Assembly: GCA_051866635.1 (NCBI GenBank)
Contig: JBJDXJ010000034.1
Coordinates: 1 to 37,437 of the forward strand
DNA from: Clostridia bacterium
GTDB taxonomy: Bacteria > Bacillota > Clostridia > UMGS1883
DNA length: 37,437 bases
Direction: 5' to 3'
Position 1 is the first letter of the stretch. Each line of letters starts with the position of its first letter. Of the stretch, positions 17,900-25,832 are shown piece by piece. The notes under the pieces were generated by a model. The model was given only the letters and a program-made list of their open reading frames with translations, made no database searches and had not been told where the DNA came from. Both the position numbers and the translations under genes were made by a program.

Positions 17900-18997
17900 T
17901 TACATCTCCTCCGTTCCATTTTCAATCTCGTTCACGTAAAGCCTCTTTGACTTCAGGTAACGTATCAATTCCTGAAATTCAGGATTAATCTTAAGCACAA
18001 ATTCACTCCATGCCATATTTTCAATTTCTTTATCGCTTAAACAGATAGCGAAGCGGCAAATTTCATGTACAAGCTGAAGTGTTGCTATAAAAGTCTCATA
18101 CCTGAGCGTGCCTCGCCACATACGAAATTCCACTGTTGAATAGTTCTCAAGGTTCACAGCTACATACCTGCCTAAATGCTTGTCCTTCGCTTTTTTGTAC
18201 GTATCCTTAGCACTGTCAGAAATACCATAGCGACTTGCCCAACGCTGAAGGTTTGCTTCCGTTCTTCGGCTGAAGCGGACAAGTTCATTCCAGTGAAGTT
18301 CAAAGAAATGTACAATTTTTGCAATAACTGCTTCCTGCTCCTCATAGGTTTTACCAAAAGCGGTTTTATTTACATGAACATGTAACCCGCAGGTGTCTGT
18401 CTGATGGCTTCTGTAATGCATTCGAATAGCCTGTTCGAACACATCTCCCCATGGCATTTTATGTATATGATAATCCAAACTCATGGGATGACTTACAATC
18501 TCAAAACCGTCATCCAAGCTTCCGTCATGCTTACAGTAAATCCTGTCACTTCCGGCAATCTCAATAAGTGCCTGTGCATTATCGTGCAACTCTTCGCCTT
18601 CATCAATCTCCAATTCAACGCCCATAAATAAAATACCCGAGCCGTAAAATATTGGCTCAGGCTTATATGAGTATGGCTTTATTGCCGCTTCCTCAAGCTG
18701 CACATAACAGTTATGGCAATAAGGAATATCCCCATCCTCTTCATAATATGTGTTGTTACTATGTATAATTCTGCCGCAGGTCTCACAGGTGTTGTAATTA
18801 TCGTCATAACAGTCATTGCATACAGCGATATTCCCATCACTGCGGAGGTCGCTATTCCATACCCTATCCCCGCAGTCCTGACAGATACCGGTGTTCCCCT
18901 CTAAGCACTCTTCACAGTAGTAATTACCCTGAAACTCTCTTGCATCCTCTTCATTTAACACAGCACCACAAATGGCACATGTAATTATCTCATTCAT
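17900..18997 (-). CDS. Amidoligase (COOH-NH2 ligase type) with N-terminal CxxC zinc-ribbon repeats
   Basis: Six CxxC pairs, then GVELE, HDGSL..GFEIVSHP, CGLHVHV, RYVAVN, TVEFR. Confidence 0.88.
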   Translation of the reverse strand: MNEIITCAICGAVLNEEDAREFQGNYYCEECLEGNTGICQDCGDRVWNSDLRSDGNIAVCNDCYDDNYNTCETCGRIIHSNNTYYEEDGDIPYCHNCYVQLEEAAIKPYSYKPEPIFYGSGILFMGVELEIDEGEELHDNAQALIEIAGSDRIYCKHDGSLDDGFEIVSHPMSLDYHIHKMPWGDVFEQAIRMHYRSHQTDTCGLHVHVNKTAFGKTYEEQEAVIAKIVHFFELHWNELVRFSRRTEANLQRWASRYGISDSAKDTYKKAKDKHLGRYVAVNLENYSTVEFRMWRGTLRYETFIATLQLVHEICRFAICLSDKEIENMAWSEFVLKINPEFQELIRYLKSKRLYVNEIENGTEEM

Positions 18998-19009
18998 TTT
19001 CTTTCCCCC

Positions 19010-19297
19010 TTAGTATTCATAATTCATCAGCATAGTCGAATGTGTTTCATCATCTATCACAAACACCTTGCCTTCAATTACTTCGCCGACGTCAAATTTG
19101 TGTTCACGTCTGTACTCAGGTTCCTCCTGTTCGTGAACCACCACCTGCTTTCCCTCTTCTTCAGATAAAGAAAAAACCTGTAAATAGTCTTTACTATCTA
19201 CAGGCATTTCGTCTATCAACTGCCATAAAAGCATTTGAAGAAGCGGAGGGATATTTTCGTCAATCCCTCTTGTTATAAATCTTTTGTTGTCAAACAT
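19010..19297 (-). CDS. DUF960 family protein
   Basis: RFITRGI...DYLQVF...HEQEEPEY...KVFVIDD...TMLMNYEY pattern; GGAGG RBS. Confidence 0.8.
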   Translation of the reverse strand: MFDNKRFITRGIDENIPPLLQMLLWQLIDEMPVDSKDYLQVFSLSEEEGKQVVVHEQEEPEYRREHKFDVGEVIEGKVFVIDDETHSTMLMNYEY

Positions 19298-19415
19298 ACT
19301 TTAACCTCCTTTGTTTTCAAAAATATAATATATGTTTCCTTCGCTCAAAAATCCAAAATTAAAACTTAATTTTTAATAACATTAAATTAATAATAAACTG
19401 AAAGGAGAAAATCTA

Positions 19416-19604
19416 ATGTTTGAAAACCCTAATGATATTCTGTCCCCTGAAGAGGCGATGTTGGAACTTCAGATTGGCAAAAATGCAATTTACATACTTT
19501 TAAATAGCGGTAAATTAAAGGCTTTCAGGATAGGTCGCAACTGGAAGATACCGCGTAAATCAATAGACGCATATATCGACAGCAACATAAACTTGAAAGG
19601 ATGA
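19416..19604 (+). CDS. Excisionase-family (HTH_17) DNA-binding protein
   Basis: LSPEEAMLELQIGKNAIYILLNSGKLKAFRIGRNWKIP; AAGGAG RBS. Confidence 0.85.
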   Translation: MFENPNDILSPEEAMLELQIGKNAIYILLNSGKLKAFRIGRNWKIPRKSIDAYIDSNINLKG

Positions 19605-19611
19605 CAAAATA

Positions 19612-20250
19612 ATGGAACTACATAATTTCTTACAACACCTTACCATTCGCATAGATGTTAAAAGTGAAAACGAGGAAACAATATCAGCCACAGGATTCTT
19701 TGCAAAACTTAACAATGAAGATGTCCTCATTACAGCAAAGCATGTAGCGGAAAAAGCAAGCACCTGTACATTACATCTCAGATATAAATCAGATGATGAA
19801 ATTTTAACTGAAGCAGTTAGATGTAATCTCAACTGGCAGACAACACTGGGTTCATACTTAGCATTCTGTAAACTGGATTCTATCAAAGAACAATTCAAAA
19901 AAGTTACAAAAGCAGACCTATACTACATAACCTTAACCGAAGAAAATATCCTCCCCGAAGCTGACGATCTGTTATATGAATTAATCAAATTCATCACCAT
20001 AGGCTATGTCCCTGATGGAGCAATTGTTCGATGCGGCAGTATCCTTATGCCCATGTCAGATATGATTGACGATGATTTAGATTTAAGTATTACAGGCTTC
20101 TCCGGCTCACCTGTTTTCACTAAGGATAGACAACTCCTCGGCGTCTCACTCCAATCCGAAACAGATGACTTGTTCGCCTCAATTGATGCCACCGCATTTG
20201 CTATGAATTTCCATTTAACCGCTCTGAAAAATCACTGTAACTTACAGTAA
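19612..20250 (+). CDS. Trypsin-like serine peptidase domain protein
   Basis: ATGFF...LITAKHV (His) and GFSGSPVF (Ser); 7 nt after the HTH gene; no signal peptide. Confidence 0.75.
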   Translation: MELHNFLQHLTIRIDVKSENEETISATGFFAKLNNEDVLITAKHVAEKASTCTLHLRYKSDDEILTEAVRCNLNWQTTLGSYLAFCKLDSIKEQFKKVTKADLYYITLTEENILPEADDLLYELIKFITIGYVPDGAIVRCGSILMPMSDMIDDDLDLSITGFSGSPVFTKDRQLLGVSLQSETDDLFASIDATAFAMNFHLTALKNHCNLQ

Positions 20251-20297
20251 ACAAATAACGTGTAATCGCATCTGCGATTACACGTTATTTGTTTACT
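20246..20297. terminator. Perfect 25-bp inverted repeat; bidirectional terminator-like palindrome
   Basis: AGTAAACAAATAACGTGTAATCGCA-tc-TGCGATTACACGTTATTTGTTTACT between convergent stop codons. Confidence 0.7.
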
Positions 20298-20406
20298 TCA
20301 CTCTAAAATTGTAAACCTCGAAAGCTTTTCCGCCCTTATTTTCAACAAGAGCAAGGGTGTCAAGCACATCTGCCGAATTTCTGAATCCTACATTTTCGGC
20401 TACCAA
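20293..20406 (-). pseudogene. 3' fragment of a paralog of the 25833..29090 GH43 protein C-terminus
   Basis: Translates LVAENVGFRNSADVLDTLALVENKGGKAFEVYNFRVK* versus LVAENVNFRVEAEYIDTLALVENKGGEMFEVNNFTVK*. Confidence 0.85.
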
Positions 20407-20845
20407 TCCACTTGCAATATACCTCTTCCCAATTTTCAGGTTTTTTTGTTTTAGGTCTCCCCATGTGTTTGTTCCGCTTCTTTGCCGAGTCTATCCCTTC
20501 ACGCTGTCTTGCACGTATTGTAAGGCGTTCCTGTTCTGCGATTGTGCCGAGTACTTCAATCAGTATGTTATTAACCATATCAAATACCCATTCCTGCCCG
20601 GGTGGCAACTCCATCATTGTTGTGGGCAGGTCAATAACCCTTACTCGAATATTGTTGTCCTTAAAATATTGCAGCTCATTCTTTATGTCCGCTTTGTTTC
20701 GGCTCAATCTGTCAAGGCTCTTTACTACAAGCGTATCTCCGCCACGTAACATAGCATTTTTCAACGCCTGATATCCTGTCCTTTCTAAATCCTTACCGCT
20801 TTCCTTGTCACAGATAATTTCCCGCTCATCTGCATCAAGGTTTTT
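20407..20845 (-). pseudogene. Resolvase remnant lacking the catalytic N-terminus and the C-terminal HTH
   Basis: DKESGKDLER...GDTLVVKSLDRLSRN...AEQER...RQREGI...GRPK present; no YxRVS motif; part of track ORF 20360..20854. Confidence 0.85.
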
Positions 20846-20899
20846 AATTTCCAAATAATCAAGATACTTTTTAAACTTGTCCTGTGCAGAAAGGCAGGT
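20846..20899 (-). pseudogene. 3' fragment of a second fic gene, fused in frame to the resolvase remnant
   Basis: Translates TCLSAQDKFKKYLDYLEI versus TCLSAQDKFKRYLEYFKV at the end of Fic 10012..10908. Confidence 0.8.
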
Positions 20900-21029
20900 A
20901 ACTTAATGACATTAGGATTTATACAGACTTTTTCGACAGGCCGAGCCCTCCTTGTGGAGGGCTCATGGCTTGGTTGGAGGACTGCCTTTAGATTAGGTGT
21001 TTTTTGAAAACATACGCTTTGTAAAAATT

Positions 21030-24000
21030 CTAATAACAGCTTTTTGCAATCGGAATTAGTTTTTTCTCGTTGTCTGTCCACGCAAAAGCCTTAACTATAT
21101 CATTTTCACTCACGTTAAGCTCTATGGGATAATCCTTTTCTTCATCTTCATTAAGCTCTGCCGTTATGCTCACAACTTCCTTCAACTCATTATATTTGCC
21201 GAACACTCCAACAAAAACTTTAGCATTCAAATATCCGAAGCCCACATTCTTTACATTAACTTTCAGTTCTTCATTTTCTTCCTTAAATGCAAGCTCCACA
21301 GGGTATTTTCCTATCTTAACATCATCAAAGCTGAAATCTCCTGTGTTTCCTTCTCCCCAAAAGTCTCCCATAGCAATCGTGTCGCAGTATGTCATTGTTT
21401 CATCTTGTGCAACTAATTTTCCGTCAATGTACATATTTACCCCATTGCAGGATGAATAATCCCACAAAAATTCGTGCCAACCTGTCTCTCTTGTCACTTC
21501 TGTAGCATACCAATCACTTCCCATTCGGTAAACATATTTATCTGTCGAGGTTGAAGTTTTTACCCCCATTCCTCGCCACTCACTTGTGCTTTTTGCCGAA
21601 TCTGCTCTCGCTATGCATTGTTGATTGCTTCCGTCACAACTGTCATAGAACCAAACACATACTATATCATTGCATTTTTCAGGCAATTTTTTCGATATTG
21701 CTTCCAAATCTCCCTGCACACTGTAGCTCTTTTTTCCGCTATGTGCTCTGTTTTCTGTTATCTCAGGGGTTCCGTAATAACTACTCCAGCCTTTCATTCC
21801 TTCTTCAAAGCTGTCTTTCTTAAACTCCCCCAAAAGATTTACCTCATGAACCGAGAAATCTGTGTAGCTTATCTTACCTGCCACCCAGCTGGACTGGAAT
21901 AACAGTTCATTACTTTCCGCCGTATATACACAACAAAGCTTCTTCCATCCGTTTGTGCTTGTCTGTCCTATTTCGTTTCCGAAATCATACACGCTCACGC
22001 TTCCGTCTATCAGCTTATTGTACTGAAGGTTGTTCGATGATATGCTTCCTTCAAGGTTTACGAAAAATTCCACATAATATTTCTTTCCTTTTTCAACCTT
22101 CCACTTGGTTCCTATGCTGTTTGCCGCACTCTGTCCGCCAAGACCGTTCTTTGCCCTAACTCCCTTCTCGGCTTCAATTTCTGCTTCATTTACGCTTATT
22201 ATTTCAAAGTTTTCCTGGTTCAGTTCATTTCCGACTCTGTCATACCATCCTGTGAAGCCATATGCGAAATCCCCATTGACTGCCTTGTTACTTCCTTTGA
22301 TTTCGTACTCTGTTCCGTCAATCGTTATCTTTTCTCCCGCAGTGTATTTTGAAGCGTTTTCAACTGCTTTCAGTTCTATAACACAGCTTTCGCCTATTAC
22401 CTGTGCTTCTGCCGCATACAAAACTCCGCTTCCGTTTTTACTCACCGCCACTGCGTCAAAAAGTGCACCCTCTTCCTTTGTATGGTCGTACACCCTTGTC
22501 TGACTTTCTATAACCTTTCCGTTATAAATATAGTCAACAGAAACCTTTGTTTCGTTTTCGGATGGAGTAGAATACACCGCAAAGTCACCAAGAGACATAT
22601 TTACCCATATACTGCTGTCTGCCTTGGCTGTGCTTTCAATCTTCTTAAATCCGTTTACGCTTTCGTATTCTTCTCTATATGTTTCATTACCGTTCACATA
22701 ATATATTACCGACCAATTGTCTCCCATATCTTCAAACTTTATCTGACATGTATCTCCCTGGTCCGGCAAGCCGAATTTATGAGTAGAATCTGCCTTTTTG
22801 CACCTTGTGTCAAAGTCCCATGTTGCGATTGTATTTGAGTCATTATCAATGAATTTCATCACCTGATGGTTTACTCCTGTTCTCATGGTTCTGGAGTAAT
22901 AGAACTGTATTACCATCTCTTTCTTGTTTTGTCCGTATCCCGGTGAAACTACAGTTGCTGTCATATCACTTGCAACATTCGAGCTTTTGTAGAACTCTAT
23001 ACCGTTTGTATAGTTGCCTTCCTTTGTGTCTATCGGGAATGTTTCAAGGTCTGTTTTGAAATTGGAGCTTGTTGTACTCTTGCTCCAGCCCGACCATGTG
23101 GAAATGTTTGCTGTACTGTAAGGCTTCTTTTCGTCATATGCCTTTTCATAGCTGTCAATTTCTCTGCCCCATTCGCAAATATATTCCGACATATCAATAC
23201 TTTTTTCGGGGATTGCTTCAACACAATACGTCTTACCGGGCTGAACAGAGAATGTAATCTTATCATTGCCATCAGCATCATATGTTACAGCGTTTCCGTC
23301 ACTGTCAGTGATAACACAATGTGCAACATTGTCATACATAAGCTCTATATTATCTCGTGTACTGTTCTCGTCCACTGTAATATTAAGCTTTGTCATTACT
23401 CCGTTTTCCATTGCTGCTTCAACAACAGTTCTCTGAGTTGCCCAAAGCTTATAGTCGACATCCCAATCCTTCGGCCATGCCACAAAAGGTGCTATAACAT
23501 CGCCCTTTGCCTGAAGTGCCATTTCCTGAAGTCCCATCGAGCCTGTTCCGCCCCAGTTATGGTCAGGTGTCCAGTCGTGACCGGGACCCCAGAACGCAGG
23601 AAATCTCTTAGAAGCATTCTTCATTTTCTTAACGGTTATATCCTTAGCAATATCCGTAAGACCTACTCTTGCGGCATAAATGTTTGTATAGTGCCAGCTT
23701 ATATGGTCTTTTTGGGAATTGTTGAGTGTGTACCATGTGGATTGTGCAATGTCAATATCCTTCTCACCGTTTACAACACCAACAAGCTCAAAGGGGAATA
23801 CAACGTATGTCTGTGGTGCTTCGCAGTTTTTAAGGAAATATGTATCTCGGTCATAATATCCTTCTGCCATATCTCCCGGATGCTGACCGGGCTTATACAC
23901 CTTGCCGTAGTCTGAATCTTCAACTGTCATTTCGGGAATTCTACCCTGTAAATCTTTCCATCTTTCAACGTCTATATCATCATAGCCTTCTTCATAAAGG

Positions 24001-25721
24001 AATATGAGATCCTCTATAACGGCATTAATACCTGCAATAGTGTCGTTGGGATTAAGCACATTTTTATACGTTTCAACTGCTGTTGAAGGATAGATTACAA
24101 GCTTTCCGTTTTCGTCATAACCGTCTGTACTGTTAGGATTGTACTGCTTGTATCTCATTTGATAATGTTCTTGGAAAAATGTAAGAGCACTTTCGATGTA
24201 ATGTATATATTTACCGATATCTATGCCTGAGTAGCGATAGTAATCTACCATCATATGTGCAAAATCAAGCTGATGTATATATTCATATATAACATAAGAA
24301 TTTGCTACAATGCCCTCTTCAACGTCATCTCTATCCGCCCATTGATACAGATAACCTGCACTGAGTCCGTAATGAGTGGGGTATTCATTAAATGCGGTAC
24401 CGTTATGTCCCCAGTAGGCCTTTACAGTTTGCTCATTATTTCCGCAACCGTTGTTGTAAAAATCCAACTCGGATTCCATTGTATCAAAATCTCCCGATTT
24501 GAGCATAGGCCAGAACAAAAGTCTCTGATTTTGTGCAGTCATGGTAGCTCCGCCCCAGTTACGGTAATCGGGATCACCATTATACTCCCATGTGAACAAA
24601 CCACCATTAAATTTTGTAGGTATCTTACCAAAGGCGTTACAACCCTGCATATATCTGAACAATGTGTAGTTTCTTGCAACCTGCCAACCTGTATCTGCCT
24701 CAATCGCTCCGTCATTTACAAATATATGACTTCTCTGCCAGTATTCATTCCACCATTCTTTACTATCTTCATGGGAAGTGGATGCTGCCATTCTTTCGTC
24801 CAGCACTGTTTCCAATTCTTCCAAAGTGTCTGTTTGGTCGGAATATGTGGCAATTTTTATATGATGACTTGTTGCGGCTTTTTCACTTACCAAAGACCAT
24901 AACTTATAGTTACAGCCCGAATATGTGCCACTTGTAATCTCGCCTGCAACCATGCCTTCGCCATTCATTTTGCCGCCATATGTAAAGTTTGTAACAGGGT
25001 CATACCATGTATCCCAGTCAATTTTGCCTTCCATGCCCTGTTGTTTTATAATTTTGTGCATCGCAAGGTCGGTGTTGTCATTTCTGTGATAGAAAAAGAC
25101 ATCATTACCCTGATAAGTGATATTATCCTTATGCTTTGTGGTGTTACCCGGATAATCTTTAAAATCCCAGATGGCATTGCCGGGGATTGTTGATGTTGTG
25201 TACAAAATATCATCGTATCTCCAGCTTAAATACTCAGCTTTTAATTCAACAGCCTCTTCACTTGTCACACAGGCGTGTATAACACCGTTGTAAACATCAA
25301 CCCATACGTCAATGGAGGTTTCCTTGTCCTTTGCATCAATTGCCGTAATTGTAACATACCCCTCTTTAAGTTTTAATTCCTGCTTAAAGCTTACGGCATT
25401 CTCAAATGGGTTTGGCGTTAAATTAAGTTTTACCAATCCTAATTTAACAAGCTGATTATTTTCATCAAAGGCATCGCTCTTGCCTATGTAAAAATAAACT
25501 TCATTATTCTCCACCCATAAGTTAAGCCCTAAATCATGACCGCCCACAGGCATTGATTCTTCCGAGGATTTACTTTGACTTGTCCATATTACATTGTAGC
25601 TGTCATATACCATCTTTTCCACCTCTTCCTGACTTTCTATTTTCATTTTACTTTCTGCAGGAAGATCGGGCAGTAGAGATAAACTCACCATTAAACACAT
25701 TAAAAATGCCATCTTTTTCAT
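21030..25721 (-). CDS. Secreted modular glycoside hydrolase, DUF5703/GH95-like (alpha/alpha)6 fold (possibly GH142-type beta-L-arabinofuranosidase) with CBM4/9-like and lectin-like modules
   Basis: Signal peptide; SMPVGGHDLGLNLWVE, DYRNWGG..TAQNQRL, FWGPGHDWTPDHNWGG..GLQEMALQ; VNGDFAYG module; family call from recall. Confidence 0.75.
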   Translation of the reverse strand: MKKMAFLMCLMVSLSLLPDLPAESKMKIESQEEVEKMVYDSYNVIWTSQSKSSEESMPVGGHDLGLNLWVENNEVYFYIGKSDAFDENNQLVKLGLVKLNLTPNPFENAVSFKQELKLKEGYVTITAIDAKDKETSIDVWVDVYNGVIHACVTSEEAVELKAEYLSWRYDDILYTTSTIPGNAIWDFKDYPGNTTKHKDNITYQGNDVFFYHRNDNTDLAMHKIIKQQGMEGKIDWDTWYDPVTNFTYGGKMNGEGMVAGEITSGTYSGCNYKLWSLVSEKAATSHHIKIATYSDQTDTLEELETVLDERMAASTSHEDSKEWWNEYWQRSHIFVNDGAIEADTGWQVARNYTLFRYMQGCNAFGKIPTKFNGGLFTWEYNGDPDYRNWGGATMTAQNQRLLFWPMLKSGDFDTMESELDFYNNGCGNNEQTVKAYWGHNGTAFNEYPTHYGLSAGYLYQWADRDDVEEGIVANSYVIYEYIHQLDFAHMMVDYYRYSGIDIGKYIHYIESALTFFQEHYQMRYKQYNPNSTDGYDENGKLVIYPSTAVETYKNVLNPNDTIAGINAVIEDLIFLYEEGYDDIDVERWKDLQGRIPEMTVEDSDYGKVYKPGQHPGDMAEGYYDRDTYFLKNCEAPQTYVVFPFELVGVVNGEKDIDIAQSTWYTLNNSQKDHISWHYTNIYAARVGLTDIAKDITVKKMKNASKRFPAFWGPGHDWTPDHNWGGTGSMGLQEMALQAKGDVIAPFVAWPKDWDVDYKLWATQRTVVEAAMENGVMTKLNITVDENSTRDNIELMYDNVAHCVITDSDGNAVTYDADGNDKITFSVQPGKTYCVEAIPEKSIDMSEYICEWGREIDSYEKAYDEKKPYSTANISTWSGWSKSTTSSNFKTDLETFPIDTKEGNYTNGIEFYKSSNVASDMTATVVSPGYGQNKKEMVIQFYYSRTMRTGVNHQVMKFIDNDSNTIATWDFDTRCKKADSTHKFGLPDQGDTCQIKFEDMGDNWSVIYYVNGNETYREEYESVNGFKKIESTAKADSSIWVNMSLGDFAVYSTPSENETKVSVDYIYNGKVIESQTRVYDHTKEEGALFDAVAVSKNGSGVLYAAEAQVIGESCVIELKAVENASKYTAGEKITIDGTEYEIKGSNKAVNGDFAYGFTGWYDRVGNELNQENFEIISVNEAEIEAEKGVRAKNGLGGQSAANSIGTKWKVEKGKKYYVEFFVNLEGSISSNNLQYNKLIDGSVSVYDFGNEIGQTSTNGWKKLCCVYTAESNELLFQSSWVAGKISYTDFSVHEVNLLGEFKKDSFEEGMKGWSSYYGTPEITENRAHSGKKSYSVQGDLEAISKKLPEKCNDIVCVWFYDSCDGSNQQCIARADSAKSTSEWRGMGVKTSTSTDKYVYRMGSDWYATEVTRETGWHEFLWDYSSCNGVNMYIDGKLVAQDETMTYCDTIAMGDFWGEGNTGDFSFDDVKIGKYPVELAFKEENEELKVNVKNVGFGYLNAKVFVGVFGKYNELKEVVSITAELNEDEEKDYPIELNVSENDIVKAFAWTDNEKKLIPIAKSCY

Positions 25722-25770
25722 AATGTAATCACTCCTCTTGTTTTATTATAATGCATACTAAAATGGAATT

Positions 25771-25810
25771 ATAAAACCACGGTGCGTTGGAGGGTTCACC
25801 GTGGTTTTAT
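25771..25810 (-). terminator. Intergenic hairpin (terminator or mRNA stabiliser)
   Basis: ATAAAACCACGGTG-n12-CACCGTGGTTTTAT, 14-bp perfect stem after the GH43 stop. Confidence 0.7.
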
Positions 25811-25832
25811 GTTAAATAAATTTACTGCAGAT

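Larger units (their letters stand above)
6607..20900. mobile_element. Composite genomic island / integrative element(s), boundaries approximate
   Basis: att-like repeats at left, large serine recombinase, P4-type helicase, resolvase + res site, excisionase-like HTH, defence-type cargo, AT-rich genes, pseudogene debris at right; flanked by related secreted glycan-active genes. Confidence 0.7.

Noticed and set aside
11069-20250. Prophage or conjugative element
   Set aside because: No structural, terminase, lysis, relaxase or type IV secretion genes visible.
20360-20854. Intact 164-aa resolvase
   Set aside because: No catalytic YxRxS motif or RBS; both ends derive from other genes.
24255-24902. 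215-aa and other + strand ORFs inside the hydrolase genes, and 29300..29731
   Set aside because: Antisense to well-supported genes, no recognisable motifs.
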